A DNA stretch of 64,000 nt from the NCBI RefSeq assembly GCF_000143415.4, contig NW_003314302.1, positions 768,736 to 832,735 of the forward strand, read 5' to 3'. The stretch is from Selaginella moellendorffii (Eukaryota; Plantae; Lycopodiophyta). The notes beneath the pieces are model-generated. The model searched no databases, was not told the origin of the DNA, and saw only the letters and a list, made by a program, of their open reading frames with translations. Of this stretch, positions 1 to 12,485 are shown piece after piece. A program made the translations under genes and the position numbers. Numbering within the stretch: the stretch's first letter is position 1; each line of letters opens with the position of its first letter.

Positions 1-262
1 TCTTGGGAGAGCTGCGGCTCTCAGCTTCCGTTCACGAGGGCGTGAACTTGTAGGGAAGCGTGGTGGATTGTAAGCAACCAAAGAGAACGACTTGAGAGAC
101 GGTCCATAGGGTTCAAATATAGAGGGAAAGGGCCCATGAATAAGAGTGCACCCCTTTTTCCAATTGGTTAAGGGTTTTGGGATAGTTGGAGTTAAGTGTC
201 CTTGGGTTTGAATAGTACTGGGTTGGGTGACCTCCCGGAAAGTCCAAACTTTGTGGCTTACA
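1..262 (+). mobile_element. Cassandra-like TRIM retrotransposon, 3' part: end of internal region, PPT and 3' LTR (69-262) containing a 5S rRNA-derived domain (190-245)
   Basis: LTR bounded by TGTAAGC (69) and GCTTACA (262), a perfect 7-bp inverted repeat, preceded by purine-rich AGGGAAGCGTGGTGGAT. 190-245 AGTTAAGTGTCCTTGGGTTTGAATAGTACTGGGTTGGGTGACCTCCCGGAAAGTCC matches the A-box/IE/C-box core of plant 5S rRNA, without the 5S 5' and 3' ends. Confidence 0.8.
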
Positions 263-1554
263 GTAGGTAGAAGTTGATGCTCTTACTAGTGTATTTACAA
301 TTGTAGTTAAATACTTCCTCCTCAATTGAGTGGTGTTTTAATATTGTTTCTTGGAGTAAATTCTCTCAGATAATGGTCCCACATTTATAAATGAGGCATT
401 TCACATCTTGATATCTTAATTGGGAATATATCATATTTTCACAAATATTTATCATCTCGACTAAAAATATGCTATATTTTCATAAGTGTTTATCATCCAT
501 AGATAGATGGTTTGGTAGAATGGTTGGTTTGAACCTTCAAAAGAATAATTGTGAAATATGTGAATTTTTAACATTTGGATTGGTTTGTCATCTCTTTAGT
601 ATGTATATGCCCTAAGAATTTATCATTGTGATTGTCATAAGTTACTAATATTAAATTTTGGGATTAATATTTGAAAATCATTCTTCCATTGGTTCGAATG
701 GACTGTATTGAACATTTAGGCTATATATAAGTGGGATAATATCTATATTACAACTCTCATCATCATCCACTTACAGAGTATAAAATAGATGATTTAATAT
801 TAGTTCATTTTCCCAATCTTATAGTACATGGTTTGTTTAAAGAGCTCCTTGCTCAATAGAAGGGATTATGTTAAATGTTATAGCAAATTGGACCACGGCT
901 TTATAAGGTTCAATATAATGTTTAACATGGCTGAAATGCTTTGTACAAAAAGATTATAAACAATTAACACCATCTATAGATCTATTAGTGCCTCCTCTTG
1001 ATTTTCCTCTGAATCTTGACCTATCGACCAACGGATCTTAACTACTTTCCATCTTGCCAAGAGCAAAAGATAATATGAGGTCCAAGTGTATATCAAATTG
1101 ATTTCAATTTGGACCACTTACTTAAATTAGGGTTTTAAAGTTAATCTAATATATACATTTTTGTATTTCTATACTCACAAATGGTGTATAAATATATACA
1201 CTAGTTCAATTTGGTAAAGGTAACACTAGAAGCTCTTTCATTAAGCTTTTCAGTTAGCTATAAGAAGAGAGTATTTATTTTTTATTTTAAGAAATTTATT
1301 TTTAATAAAATAAACTTTAAACATAGAGAAATAAAATTCCTTTTACATTTGGAAGAACATAGAAATTTTAATTAAAAAATCTAATATAAAAGTAATTTTT
1401 AAATTATTCAAATAGTTATAATTTTATATTTAGGTTTTATTATTTTTATATAATAATGTAAAATAATAAATAAAAAGAATATAAATCCTAATACATGTTA
1501 TGTTTTAAAATTTCTTAAGTGTTTATTTAGTAGAAATTTTTGCTAATATATTTA

Positions 1555-2410
1555 ATGGTCTTAAAAACATATATAGTAGTGTTTTCTTATATAAATTTTG
1601 TATATGGAGTAAATATAGACTGGGGGGAAAAAAAAGTTCTTAGTGAACAAGATATTCAAATTATAATTGATCAAGGTTTTTTAAATTTAACAAGTAATTT
1701 AACTCATAATGGTAATTATCCAGAAAATTATAAAGATGCAAGAATGGTTGAAATTAGTAAAGGTGCTGTTTTTGTAAGGATTGAATGTTTAGGAGATAAA
1801 TGTGAATCTGGTAAATCAACAAATAAACAAGTGATTGGATCAAGAATAAAATCTGGAATAAAATATACAATAGATGAATATAAATCACTATTATTATCAC
1901 AACGAGCAGATAAATGTAAAATAACATTAACAAAATATATAATTGAGTACAGTCTTCAATTTCTGTGGACTCCTCAATTACAAAATCTAAAGGCATTTCC
2001 ATTTTCTTATAAAAATATTCATTCTAGGCAAGACTGTGATACGAGTTTAACCACTTTAAATGCTGGTTTTCGAGAATTTTATTGGTAGAAATATATTATA
2101 TTTGAAATCAAATTGTCAACTTGTAGTTTTCTCAGGTAAAAATATTTTATGGCAATCTGAAAATAGTTTCTTTTATGAAGGCAATTGTGTACTTATTTTA
2201 CAAATTGATGAAAATCTAGTTATATATACAGACACAAAATTAGTTTTATGGTCTATAAAAAAATATTGCAAGACATGCATTTCTCTTACATATCTTATTA
2301 TTGAAGATAATTGTGACTTTGTCATTTATGAAGCTTCAGCTCCAAATAATAGTTGGTTGAGAATTAAACTTAGTAATCATATAGGTTGCTTGAAAGATAG
2401 AGTCTCTTGA
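1555..2410 (+). pseudogene. Secreted protein with C-terminal bulb-type (GNA/B-) lectin domain, frameshifted; divergent member of the local family
   Basis: Signal-peptide-like MVLKTYIVVFSYINFVYG. A second frame (2060-2410) has the B-lectin repeats LYLKSNCQLVVF..LWQS, LQIDENLVIY..LWS and IIEDNCDFVIY. Frameshift near 2060-2088. Very AT-rich. Confidence 0.6.
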
Positions 2411-4160
2411 AATTGCAAAATATTAAACTATTTTGAGAAAATGAACTCCTATTCTAAGCCCACTCTCTAGTCCCACTACCACATATTTGAAACAAGAATT
2501 AAAGTCTGAGCTTCTTTCTAATTTTATAAATTAATAATTTTTATTTCATCTGACTATAAATTACTGGATTTTTTTTCTGTCATTAAATTGGACTTAGAGC
2601 TGATGCACAAAATGCCTAGTAGAGGCAACACATTTTCCTTACAAAGCTCAGAATTTGGTCATGGGCATTTCCAGAGAGAGATTGAGCATTTTCTTAAGTG
2701 ATTGAGCACATTTCCATGGGATTTTGGGTGCATGGTGAGGTTCTGAGACTGTTTCACAATAGATGTCAAATCTAGTGGGATCCCTCACTTTTAAATTAAA
2801 ACATCGTGTCTTTCCTAGAGATAAATCAAAATGATGGTAAATTTCAACTAACTATTTCTCTTAGTTTTTATTTTTTTGCATAATTAAGATCTTTTTGCAA
2901 TTTCTTTGATTTTAATAATTTGGCTTTTTGTCTTGGATGAATCCTAGATCTGATTGATCTAGAACTTTTGATTGCCTTTTCAGTCAAAATATTTTGCTTG
3001 CTTTATAAAGGATTTATTCTTTTCTCAAGTCTAGACATTTACAGATTCTTGGCAAAGAAGCATGATAACTATTGGCATAGTTGACAACCCTTCATATGTT
3101 TTAGATTTGCCATTGATTTTTCCTATATCATTGCCCAAGTTTCATGTCATAGATTGCATCATCATTTTTTACTATAAAGTCATTTATCCCACCCTAGTCA
3201 TCCTCCATAAACTTTTTTACATTCTATTACATTCTATTACATTTATGTAATTACATTCTATTCACCTCCCACCACATTTATGTTTACCACTTTTTTTGAC
3301 ATAGGCTTACAACAAAAAAGTCTCCCTTTCTGTGAGGCAACTCTTAGAGACTTTTGGAAGAGATATATATCCATTCTAATGCGCTCTCTTTGTTGCATGA
3401 AAGTTTTAGGTTGTCAAATGCAAACATGTTACAAGATAGTGATTTCAAAGAGCGACCATGCTGTCTCAACATGTAGGAAAACCTTTTTCTAATCACTCTC
3501 AACACCAAGATTGGGTCGTTTAGTTGGCATAGCAAAAGAAGGAAATGCAATAAAGATTAAAAAAAGAAAAAAAAAAAAAAACTTAAGCATCAAAATCTAG
3601 ATCTGGCAACAGATCTAGATATAAAGAAGAACAAAAAAATTAATAAACTAAATGCACAATTCTAAACACTAGAGTAAAGCATTGCTAAAAATCCTTCCCT
3701 TTTAGAGATCATATGTAGTGCCCTTTACAAATGTGAGTGCTCAATAGGTTTATTAGTTAGGGTTTAGACCTAGAAATTTATCAAAAAAATTGTCATTTAT
3801 TCCTAAGTTTATATTAGTTCATATTACAAAGCTATATTTAAGAACAAGTTATGTCAATAAAGATAAATAATTCGTAATTTTGAAAAGAAAATAGGATTGG
3901 AACTACTCTGCTCTGGTCGTCTCAATTTTAAACAATCGAAACACCTGAGCTAAAATGCGTTCTACCTACCTAGCCTCTGGAAAATGCCAAGAAAGAAGCA
4001 TCTTCGTCAACAAAAGTCAAATTTTAGGATATTCTAAGCGTATTCTGGCTATGGCTTGCACACTCGTGATTCCTTGCGCGAGAAGATCCTGGACAGGAAT
4101 GGCTTGCGAGTAGCGGTCGATGGCCACCCTCCAATCCATGGCTCGCAGCGTGGCAATTCG

Positions 4161-4243
4161 ACTCAGATCCCGGTGATTGACCCGAGGAGGAGATCATCGA
4201 TGCGATCGCGAGGGCGTGCAAGGATTGGGGCTTCTTTCAGGTG
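4161..4243 (+). pseudogene. 2-oxoglutarate/Fe(II) dioxygenase N-terminal (DIOX_N) fragment
   Basis: TQIPVID, then after a frameshift EEIIDAIARACKDWGFFQV, the hallmark DIOX_N motif. No downstream catalytic domain. Confidence 0.8.
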
Positions 4244-5247
4244 ATCTGACTATTAGACTAAGATCACTAAACTTTTATACATTTTGGATATTTACTGCTA
4301 ACACTTATCCCCCAAATCGAGTGCTTCTCTCACTGATAGTAGTAAATTCCAGTAGTCATCAAAATTAATTTTAATTTACAGTTTGAATCTTCAACAAGTT
4401 CTAGTACCACCACCGCAAGCTTGTCAAATCTCGTAGTACTTGCACAGACGAAGCCCTCTGCTTTGACTGGAGAGCAAGAAAACGAAGAAAAAAAAAACCT
4501 GCATCCCTACTTGCTTCTGCAGCTAAAGAACTTTGGGCAGCAAACACCGCCCAATCCACCCTTGTCCCCGACGCAGCAGCAGTTCCTCCACAATTCAACA
4601 CGACTAAAGAGAAAGAAGCGATCTTCCAACGTTGATTTCGCCAGCCTAATAAGATCTGAAACGCAGAAGAAAGAGTTCTAATGTACTCCTCTGTGTTGCC
4701 TCCATTCGCATTGAAAACCAGGGCCCAAACAAATCACGGTGACAAACTCCTGGCATCTAAGCCCACACGGTTTTAAACCATGAACACTTCTGGCTCACCA
4801 TGTTGTGTTCTGTACAGCAGCTGCCAAAGCGACCTGCTTCGTTATATTCTAAGAAAAACAACCAAGAATCGTTTAAGCACCTCTGTGCACGAGCTGCAGC
4901 TCCCTGTTCCTTCTCAAAAACTTTTAGTAGAAAGGAGCACTCAAATTTGTAATATGACGGCTTCAAACAACCTATCCCTGCCTTGGTTAGTATGTAAATA
5001 TAATACAGGTATGGCAAGAGGGCCATTTCTCTTCTCTTTATAACACCAAAATGCTTCGAGGTGTAAGTTGCTCCAGCTGCTGAGAAACTGGGAAAGCAAT
5101 TCAAACCATAAGTAAGCTTACTTGATTTGGATGGACGCCGTACGCATTTCCAAAGAATCTCTCCAAAAAACATTGAGAATACGTCCACAGTATATAACAA
5201 GCGTAGAGTTTTGTTGCTATTCAAATCTGAGATTCTTACAAACCAGA

Positions 5248-6733
5248 CTAGCTGCTATCCTCGCTTTTTGACTTGTCTTTCTTCAGCACTTTCAGTGCAA
5301 GGGAGTACACTGAGTTTCGCCTCACAAAAGTTTCCTCGCTCACCTCTTTCACAGCCTGCATAGAATTTTTAGCGCTTTATAAATCACCACCACCTCTAGG
5401 AAATATTTACCTCGGACAAGCTCTTTCCAGATTCGAACAGTATTTCAAGTCTATCTTCCAGTTCTTCGTTGCTCGGGAACCTCTCGGCAGCTCTTGCTGG
5501 TAATCCGTCAATCAGCAGAGTAACTTCTCCTCGAGGCTCGCTTTCTTTAAAACGAGCTTGCGCTTTGCCAAGTGTTCCGCGCCAAAACTGTTTCAATCGT
5601 CGTCAGAAAGTAACAAACTTCTTGAAAACAGTTATTTACTTCTTCGTAGATCTTTGTTAACTCCCTTGCGACCACACAATGCCTGGCAAAAGAGAAATTA
5701 GAATGACACAGCCTAGTGCTAAATCAACCTGTTCGAGCCAAAAGCAGAGGCGCATTCTGCGAGTATGCTGCAAAGCTTGTTTGGAGGAACGAAAAAAATC
5801 TGTGTCGATGTCTCTTCCGCAGCAACAAGGAGCCGTTTGTGCCTGGTGCTCGCATGCGTCGATAGAAATCCTACTGCCTCAGCCTGGCTTTTTGTTAGCA
5901 AACGCTCATAAAGAAACAAAACCCGTATGCACGAAAGACTCACCAAACGAGAACTCGTTTGTTGGTAGTCCGGAGGCGATTAGTGCTGTTAGAGCTGCAG
6001 ATGGTCCGGGAACTGGTATTATTTTATAGTTCTCCTCGATACAAGCTCTAACCTGATAGACATCACGTTAGCACGAAGAGGAAACTGAGAAAAGAAAAAA
6101 ACGGAGCGTACTAGCTCAGCACCAGGATCACTGATTCCTGGCATTCCGGCATCGCTCACAAGGGCCAATGCCTCACGGTTTGCCAGTCTTTCCAGGATTT
6201 CCTCTTGTCTCGTTTGCTCGTTAAACTTGTGATAGCTCATCTGCACAAAAAAAAAACAAACAGTTTTTCTTTCTAAAGGAAACACCACTTGAGAACCAGC
6301 CTTTGGAGTTTTGATATCGTAATGCTGCAACAGCTTCGAAGAGTGCCTTGTATCCTCTGCAAGTATCAGATCAACTGATCGTAATACTCTCAAGGCGCTG
6401 GAGCCAGGAAAACAAAGAATACTTTTAGAGCAGTAGGCAGGAAGAAAAGAAAGAAAAAAAGTAAACGAGAACACACCGCATTGTGATGTCTTCGAGATTT
6501 CCTATTGGAGTAGCGACCAAGTAAAGCCCGGATTCGATCTTTGGCTGCGGGACAAGCTGGAGAACGAGAAGATAAAATAAAGGAAGAATTCATGAAGAAA
6601 ATCATACCGCTTGCTCTTGCGCTGCCGCTAATGCTAGCCTCCCTTTAGCAGAACAGTACGTTGCACGGGTGATCCTCCTATGGCAGCAACTAAGCAGAGC
6701 TTTGGCGGCATTCAGCTCCATCGCCATCGCCAT
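5248..6733 (-). CDS. rsmI: 16S rRNA (cytidine-2'-O)-methyltransferase RsmI-like, probably organelle-targeted, multi-exon
   Basis: Exons encode GLYLVATPIGNLEDITMR, LILAEDTRHS, SYHKFNE, ALVSDAGMPGISDPG, IIPVPGPSA and PRGEVTLLIDG. Transit-peptide-like N-terminus from ATG 6733; TAG at 5248-5250. Confidence 0.9.
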
Positions 6734-6794
6734 TGCAACCTAAAACCCCTAACTAGGGCTATTCATAATGAACGGCCAGGATCTCTTCCCGCGC

Positions 6795-7191
6795 AACTCT
6801 CTTCGATTTCACTTGATTTCCAATCTCGATCTTCCTGTAAATTTTGGCTCCTTTCTCTCACCTCTCGCCCGCCGGGCTGAGCATTCCTAGAAATCCAAGC
6901 AAAGAACCATACTTTGACTTGCCTAGCAAAAGAGCGTGACAAGAACCATACATACCAAATTACAAGAGCAATGCTTGTGATGCTTGCTTTGCGAGGTATA
7001 GTTTGAAGGCGTGTCTTGGTTTGAGCCAGACCGGATCATCCAGCCACCGAGACAAGTTTTTGAAACTATCCACCAAACATTGAAACTCTCTGAGCTCGAA
7101 TTTGTGAGTTCGAGTGTCCTTGAGCACAGATTGGACGATGTCTTTGTTCTCATGCTGGTTTACCGAGATACCACTCTCTCCGAGGCAGGAA
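6795..7191 (-). pseudogene. Degenerate duplicate of the NSUN5 3' end
   Basis: SVNQHENKDIVQSVLKDTRTHKFEL versus the intact SVNQRENEDVVQSVLEHARSHKFKL (8863-9057). 6799-6860 is similar to 8712-8775. A 10-nt deletion removes the YSTC motif. Confidence 0.85.
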
Positions 7192-7288
7192 CTGAGGCGT
7201 TGATCAATTAGATTAGGAAATTTTGTCAAGTTTTGTCTTGGTTAAATCATCTATAATTTAAATTATTATTATTGGCAAATTTACAGAA

Positions 7289-8251
7289 CTAACCAATTGC
7301 CTTCCATAACACTGTACGAGTTTCTAAATTATAAATGAAAACATTTCCTTCTCCTTTTACCACTGCACTTGCCATCGCAAAACAATTTAAATGCAACCTA
7401 CAATCCACATTAGCTTCCCAGAAAACATGATTTGCAGGGCTCTTTATCACAAGCTTTCCATCATACTGCAAATGTGCAAAGCATCCACTGATAGGATCAT
7501 AAGAATGCTCACTAATCCACAAGATTAGACCATCTATTTTGCGAATTAACACCAGCTTGCAGTTCTTCTGTTGCATGGTGAGTCTATATAGTCCATTTAC
7601 TGAGTTCAAACTATTTCCAGCGGGAAGATATGATCCTGAAACTTTGATATGATTGCTTATGATAGATGATCCAAAACTCCAGCAATCACTTATATCATGG
7701 TTACTTTGTTCTCCGGTGACAACACTATCTAATCTTTTAGTACGCAAATTAGTCTCTGGTGGCATGTATACGAGTTGATAGTGTATGGCAAAATTTAAAA
7801 ATTCTGTACGTATCTCAGCACAAAACGTTACTCTAGTTCCATTGTCATACATAGCATCTGTGAACATCTGACTCCTGATGTAGCTGAATGCTTGCCTCAC
7901 TAGGCAAAACGAAATGGTATGGATGGATCAGCCACACAAATACGAATAGAATCAACATATAAAAGTGGGGCAGTGATGTGAAATGAAATCCTCACCGATA
8001 TCGCTCCCAAAGAAAACACAGAAGAGCTGCTTCCAACTCCAAATGTATTATATACTCCATCGTCAGCATAAACAACATCAATACAGTTATCAATCATGTT
8101 CATAACTTCTCTAAACTCTACTAGTGATAAGGCCTTTTAAGCCTACACTGAAGATGGTTGTGGGCAGAGCAGGATACCAGTGTGGCGGGGGCTGACCAAA
8201 ACTAGTCAAAACTAAAGCTAATAATGCAAAGGTGGAGCAAATTGAGAACAT
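7289..8251 (-). pseudogene. Secreted unknown-domain + B-lectin family member with two frameshifts
   Basis: Three consecutive ORF pieces (8111-8251, 7900-8103, 7289-7900) are collinear with the 14255-15229 protein: PPP-WYP, YADD, CVADP, FCAEIRTEFLNFAIHY, CWSF, GNSLNSVNGLYRL, HLQYDGKLVIK. Confidence 0.85.
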
Positions 8252-8667
8252 GTTGGCTAAATAAAATCCACTCAAGAGTTTGGAGTTCTTGGTGCTTTCA
8301 GAGGCTAATGTGCCGAGTGTGTTGAACAAAGCTACAACGGAAAGACCAAGAAAGTTTTTGTCAAAAGATTTGGTTAAACTATTAAGCGTACATGGCTAAG
8401 TTGGATTGAAACAAAATTTGGTTGTTTTCTTTCTGAGAATTGCACTAGATATAATCAATAAATTAAAGGAATTTACTATTAGGAATTTAATTTAAGTTTA
8501 TCTGACCTTGTGAAACTTATTAAAATCCGCTCTAAAATTTGGTGCTTTTCAAGTGTGTTGATTCTGAACAAACAAAAGTTACAACGCCAAGAAAGTTTTG
8601 GTTTCATAAAATATTAAGTATACAATTTTAAATATCAGCTTAACTTGCCCGCAAAACAAAATATCCA

Positions 8668-10753
8668 TCAGTTTAGTTTCTTTTGTTTCTTCTTTTTCCT
8701 CTTAGTTTTCCTCTCTTCGATTTCACTCGATTTCCTTTTGCGCTGCTGCTCAAAAGTTTGGCTCCTTTCTCTCACGAAAAGAGCGACGAAAAAACCATCG
8801 GTTTTGTCTCGCAAGGCATCCGTCCGCAACAAATGCTGCGCTGAGCATTCCAACACAAGGCCTCAGTTCCTTTGGAGAAGCAAGAAGAAGAGTTTTGATT
8901 TACCTCCATCAAACACTGGAAGTCCTCTGTGAGGCCAATTTGGAAGAACAGTCCCGAGCTTGAATTTGTGAGAGCGAGCGTGCTCGAGCACGGATTGGAC
9001 GACATCTTCGTTCTCACGCTGGTTCACCGAGCAAGTGCTGTATACCACTCTCTCCACGGCAGGAACTGGGAAAAAGAGACCAAAGACTTAGCCTGGAAAA
9101 ACTGAGAGACTGGCTGCTTACAGGACAATGCGTGACACAGAGCAGCCTTTTGGAAACTGGCTAACCGATCGATCCTTTGAGCGTCATGTTGAAACTCCGG
9201 ATCGTCTGGAAACTTTACAAGGGCATGAGATTATACAACTGAGAAAACAAATGACTGACCGTTTGCTACTGGAAGCAAGTGATCCATTCTTTGCACTGTA
9301 GTCCCGGAGCCAGAGCAAGACGGGTCCAACAAGATCGCACGAACCTGGAAACCATTTTAAAACTTTTTCCGCAAGAAAAAAGAAACGAAAAGAAACAGAG
9401 GAGACCTTCCTGTAGTCCGACGCGTTTGGATCGAGTTTAAGAAAGTCCTGATGCTTCACTTGTATATCTTTCAGAGTGTTGTCTAGGAAAAAACGACGGG
9501 TTTTTCAGCACAAATAGGAAGGATACTGTTTGCTCCGGCACGTTTGACCGTGTCTTGCAGCACCTGGAGGCGTTTTTTGTGGAGCTCGCAAGCCGTAACC
9601 CGACCTTTTCCTTTCATCAGAGCAGCCAAATGCACGGTTTTGTTCCCAGGAGAGGCACAAGCATCCAAAACCTCGAGAACAAAACACCATAAACTTGAAG
9701 AATAAGGAGGAGAAAAAAAGTTTAAGATAAAAGAGTACCTCCCAATCTGGATCTGGGGAAAGAACATGTGCTGGAATACAACTTGCTTTGCTCTAAGAAA
9801 CAAAACAACGAAGAAAAAAAGCTCTTAACACTGAGAATTCAGCTCAAGTAAATGAGTCACCTGTAGGAAAATGCTACCTTGTAGCACAAGAGAATGGTCG
9901 TGCAAATCCGTGCCGGGCGGAAGCACAAGCAAGTCAGGAAGCAACTCGTCAACCTTGGCCTGCCAGCTAAACAATGTCAAAACGGAAAAAGATCTCACGA
10001 AGAAAACTTACGCCAAGTTCTTCAAGCTTCTCCAGAGCTTCGTCGACTGTTATTTGCAGAGTGTTCACTCTCACGTATCTGGGAATGTCTACCAAAATCG
10101 GTTTGAGGCGAGATATGAATGAAAAGATTGAAACAAACTTACCACAAGATTGTAGCTGTCGACTTTCTGTTGGCAGCAACCCATCAATCTCAGTGACATT
10201 TTTCTTCATCATCAGCCTCACAAATGCTGCTCGAAGTGCTGCCTTTCTCGACAGCACAAAGATTTCTTCTTTTCCCGACGGCAAAATCTCCTGTGTCCAA
10301 CGTAGAATCACGAAAACTTCAGTATCATAGCACAAGGAAAAGAAAAAGGAATTGACTTACTTGCTCAAAGAGTAGATCATGCGTGAGCACATAGAAAAGT
10401 TCATCCTGACCCTGGCGAAGAGAAACAAAGAACTGATAGAGAGAAACAAACACTCAAACCTTGTTTTTCCTTCCTTGAAGAAGACCCACAGAATGCACGA
10501 TGTCCTTGATCACGGGAAGATCTGTGAAACACATTTTTTACACGCGAAAAAGTTCAAGGAGACAAGTCCTCTTACATTTGAGAGTGTTGCAAATGAGAGC
10601 AAGGGTAGCCTTTTTCGCGACGATGGAAGGCTTGTAGACGAGAGACTTGATAGAAGCGAGCGCCCTGTGCTGCGTATTGCCCGCCAAGACTTGCCTGAGA
10701 ATCCGAGCTACCTGGCGGCGCACAAAATGCAGCGCGGGCTTCTTAGCTCCCAT
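8668..10753 (-). CDS. NSUN5: 25S rRNA m5C methyltransferase NSUN5/Rcm1-like, multi-exon
   Basis: PRYVRVNTL, VLDACASPGNKTVHLAALM, ILLDPSCSGSG, VVYSTCSV..ENE and TDGFFVALF motifs; basic C-terminal tail. Confidence 0.93.
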
Positions 10754-10802
10754 AACATTTAGGGCGAAAATTTTGCTCTATGTATTGAAAACATCATTTC
10801 TT

Positions 10803-11614
10803 TTACAGCCTTCCACCATTCTTGACGAGTTTCTGGATTGAATATAACAAATTGCTCGCTTCGTCTTTGATCATAAGATTCCCATCTTGTTCGAGGTGTG
10901 CAATGCATCCACTCACAGGTTTGTGAAAATGCTTGGGTAGCACCATCTGTTTTTGTTAAGACCAACTTGCAATCCATGCACAGTGTCAACCTGTAAAGCC
11001 CATCTAGAAGATAGGATCCTGGAATTCTTTTTGGATTTCCAACAAGACAACACCTGAAACTCCAACAATCACTTTCTTTGCTCGCTAAGATGTGCTATAG
11101 AAACGTGGTGATTGTGATCCATAAGCTACATAATAGTTTATAGCAAAATTTAAGTGTTCTGTGCGTATTTCAGCACAATATCTTATCTCTCCGTCTGCTG
11201 CCTGAGACCTGCCATCGATACCCATCCGATTTCTAATGGAGAGAAATGTTTTGCTTACGTACTGGGACGAGAAACGAAATGGCAAAGAGGGATCAGCAAT
11301 GCAAATCTCAAAGTTTGTTCTTATTAGCAGGGGCGCATGGATATGAAACTCAACTCTAATTGATATAGATCCAATCGGAATCACAATAGAGGAGCTTCCT
11401 ACCGGAAAAGAGTTTAAACCATTGTCATCAGCATAAATCAGATTAACATGATTAACTATTTGCTGGACAATTTATCAAAGTCTGACGCTCCAAGGCCATA
11501 CAAGCCAGACACCCAGCTTGTTGATGGCTCCTCAGGGTATGAATGTGATGGTGGAGATTGGCACAAGGCAGGAGCTAGTGTAAAGAGCAAGAATTTCAAG
11601 AACACATGCATCAT
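10803..11614 (-). pseudogene. Secreted unknown-domain + B-lectin family member with multiple frameshifts
   Basis: ATG 11614 gives MMHVFLKFLLFTLAPALCQSPPSHSYP. Frameshift near 11470. YADDNGLNSFPVGS, CIADP, YCAEIRTEHLNFAINY, then DCWSF, GLYRLTL and HLEQDGNLMIK in shifted frames. Confidence 0.85.
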
Positions 11615-12153
11615 TATCTAATTACTCTTCTTATGCTTTTCTATAACACAACATTCGTTTAATTGTCTTCTTCTTGACTGAACGATATTTGGCTGGTCTT
11701 ATGTTTATTCATAAAAGAAGGACAAGGCAGGTTAAAATAGTTATGGGAGGCCTGACCAAACTTATAGTGCAAGGAGGAGAAAAGGCCAATAATAAGAAAA
11801 AAGAAAAAAAGAAAAAGGTTCTTTCAGCAAAATGTAAGTGTAAGTTTCATCTAATAAAAAATAATAATTTGTCAATGTTAACTACATCAACAATTATTAT
11901 CACAATGAGTATTGTATCCATTCATAGTGTAAGGTTCTGCATTGCTGATGAATTTGCCTTCCACTTTAGTGGCTAGGTCCATCACAAACATGATGGAATT
12001 GATGAAGATCTTAAATCCACATTGAATTGTTCAACTTTGCTACAATATAATTAGTGTGATAAGGTGATTCTTTTTGTCATCAAATTAAGTCTTGTAAGAC
12101 TTTAATTATCTATTCTTGATATATCTTATATTTAGGTAGTTCCTTTAAAAAAA

Positions 12154-12485
12154 GTGACAACATGTTACTCAACATGAGTAGGAAGTGGTAATTTTTTTAT
12201 TGTCTATATCATTTTTACTTTGTGTTTTCTGTAAAGAAAGAAAAAATGGGAAATAAGGAAGAAGTGAGAAGAATGGAAAAAGAAAATAACTAAGCATGTA
12301 AACTGATAGGTAGTCTTTAGTTTAAATTAGTTCTTGTTTTTAGCTCTTTGTATTGTGCCATAAAAGGATGAAGACAATAAGTAAAAAGGAATCAAAATGC
12401 TAAATTACAAAACGAAAAGAGAAACTTTGGTTCAAATAATAAGAAAATTACTATTTCCTTCTCATATTGAGCAACATGTTGTCAC
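12154..12485. mobile_element. MITE / non-autonomous DNA transposon with ~45-50 bp terminal inverted repeats
   Basis: Left end GTGACAACATGTTACTCAACATGAGTAGGAAGTGGTAATTTT versus the reverse complement of the right end GTGACAACATGTTGCTCAATATGAGAAGGAAATAGTAATTTT. AT-rich noncoding interior; no clear TSD. Confidence 0.7.

Noticed and set aside
190-245. Functional 5S rRNA gene
   Set aside because: Only the internal ~56-nt core is present; the 5S termini are missing and it lies inside LTR termini.
300-1500. DNA transposon in the AT-rich region (scattered GGTCC/GGACC motifs)
   Set aside because: Could not define TIRs or a TSD by eye.
4757-5224. 155-aa ORF as a real gene
   Set aside because: No recognisable motif and no ATG at the listed start; left unassigned.
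8320-8625. Diverged ~70-bp direct repeat upstream of a lectin pseudogene, as an LTR pair or array
   Set aside because: Only two gapped copies with no TG...CA ends; likely a local duplication.
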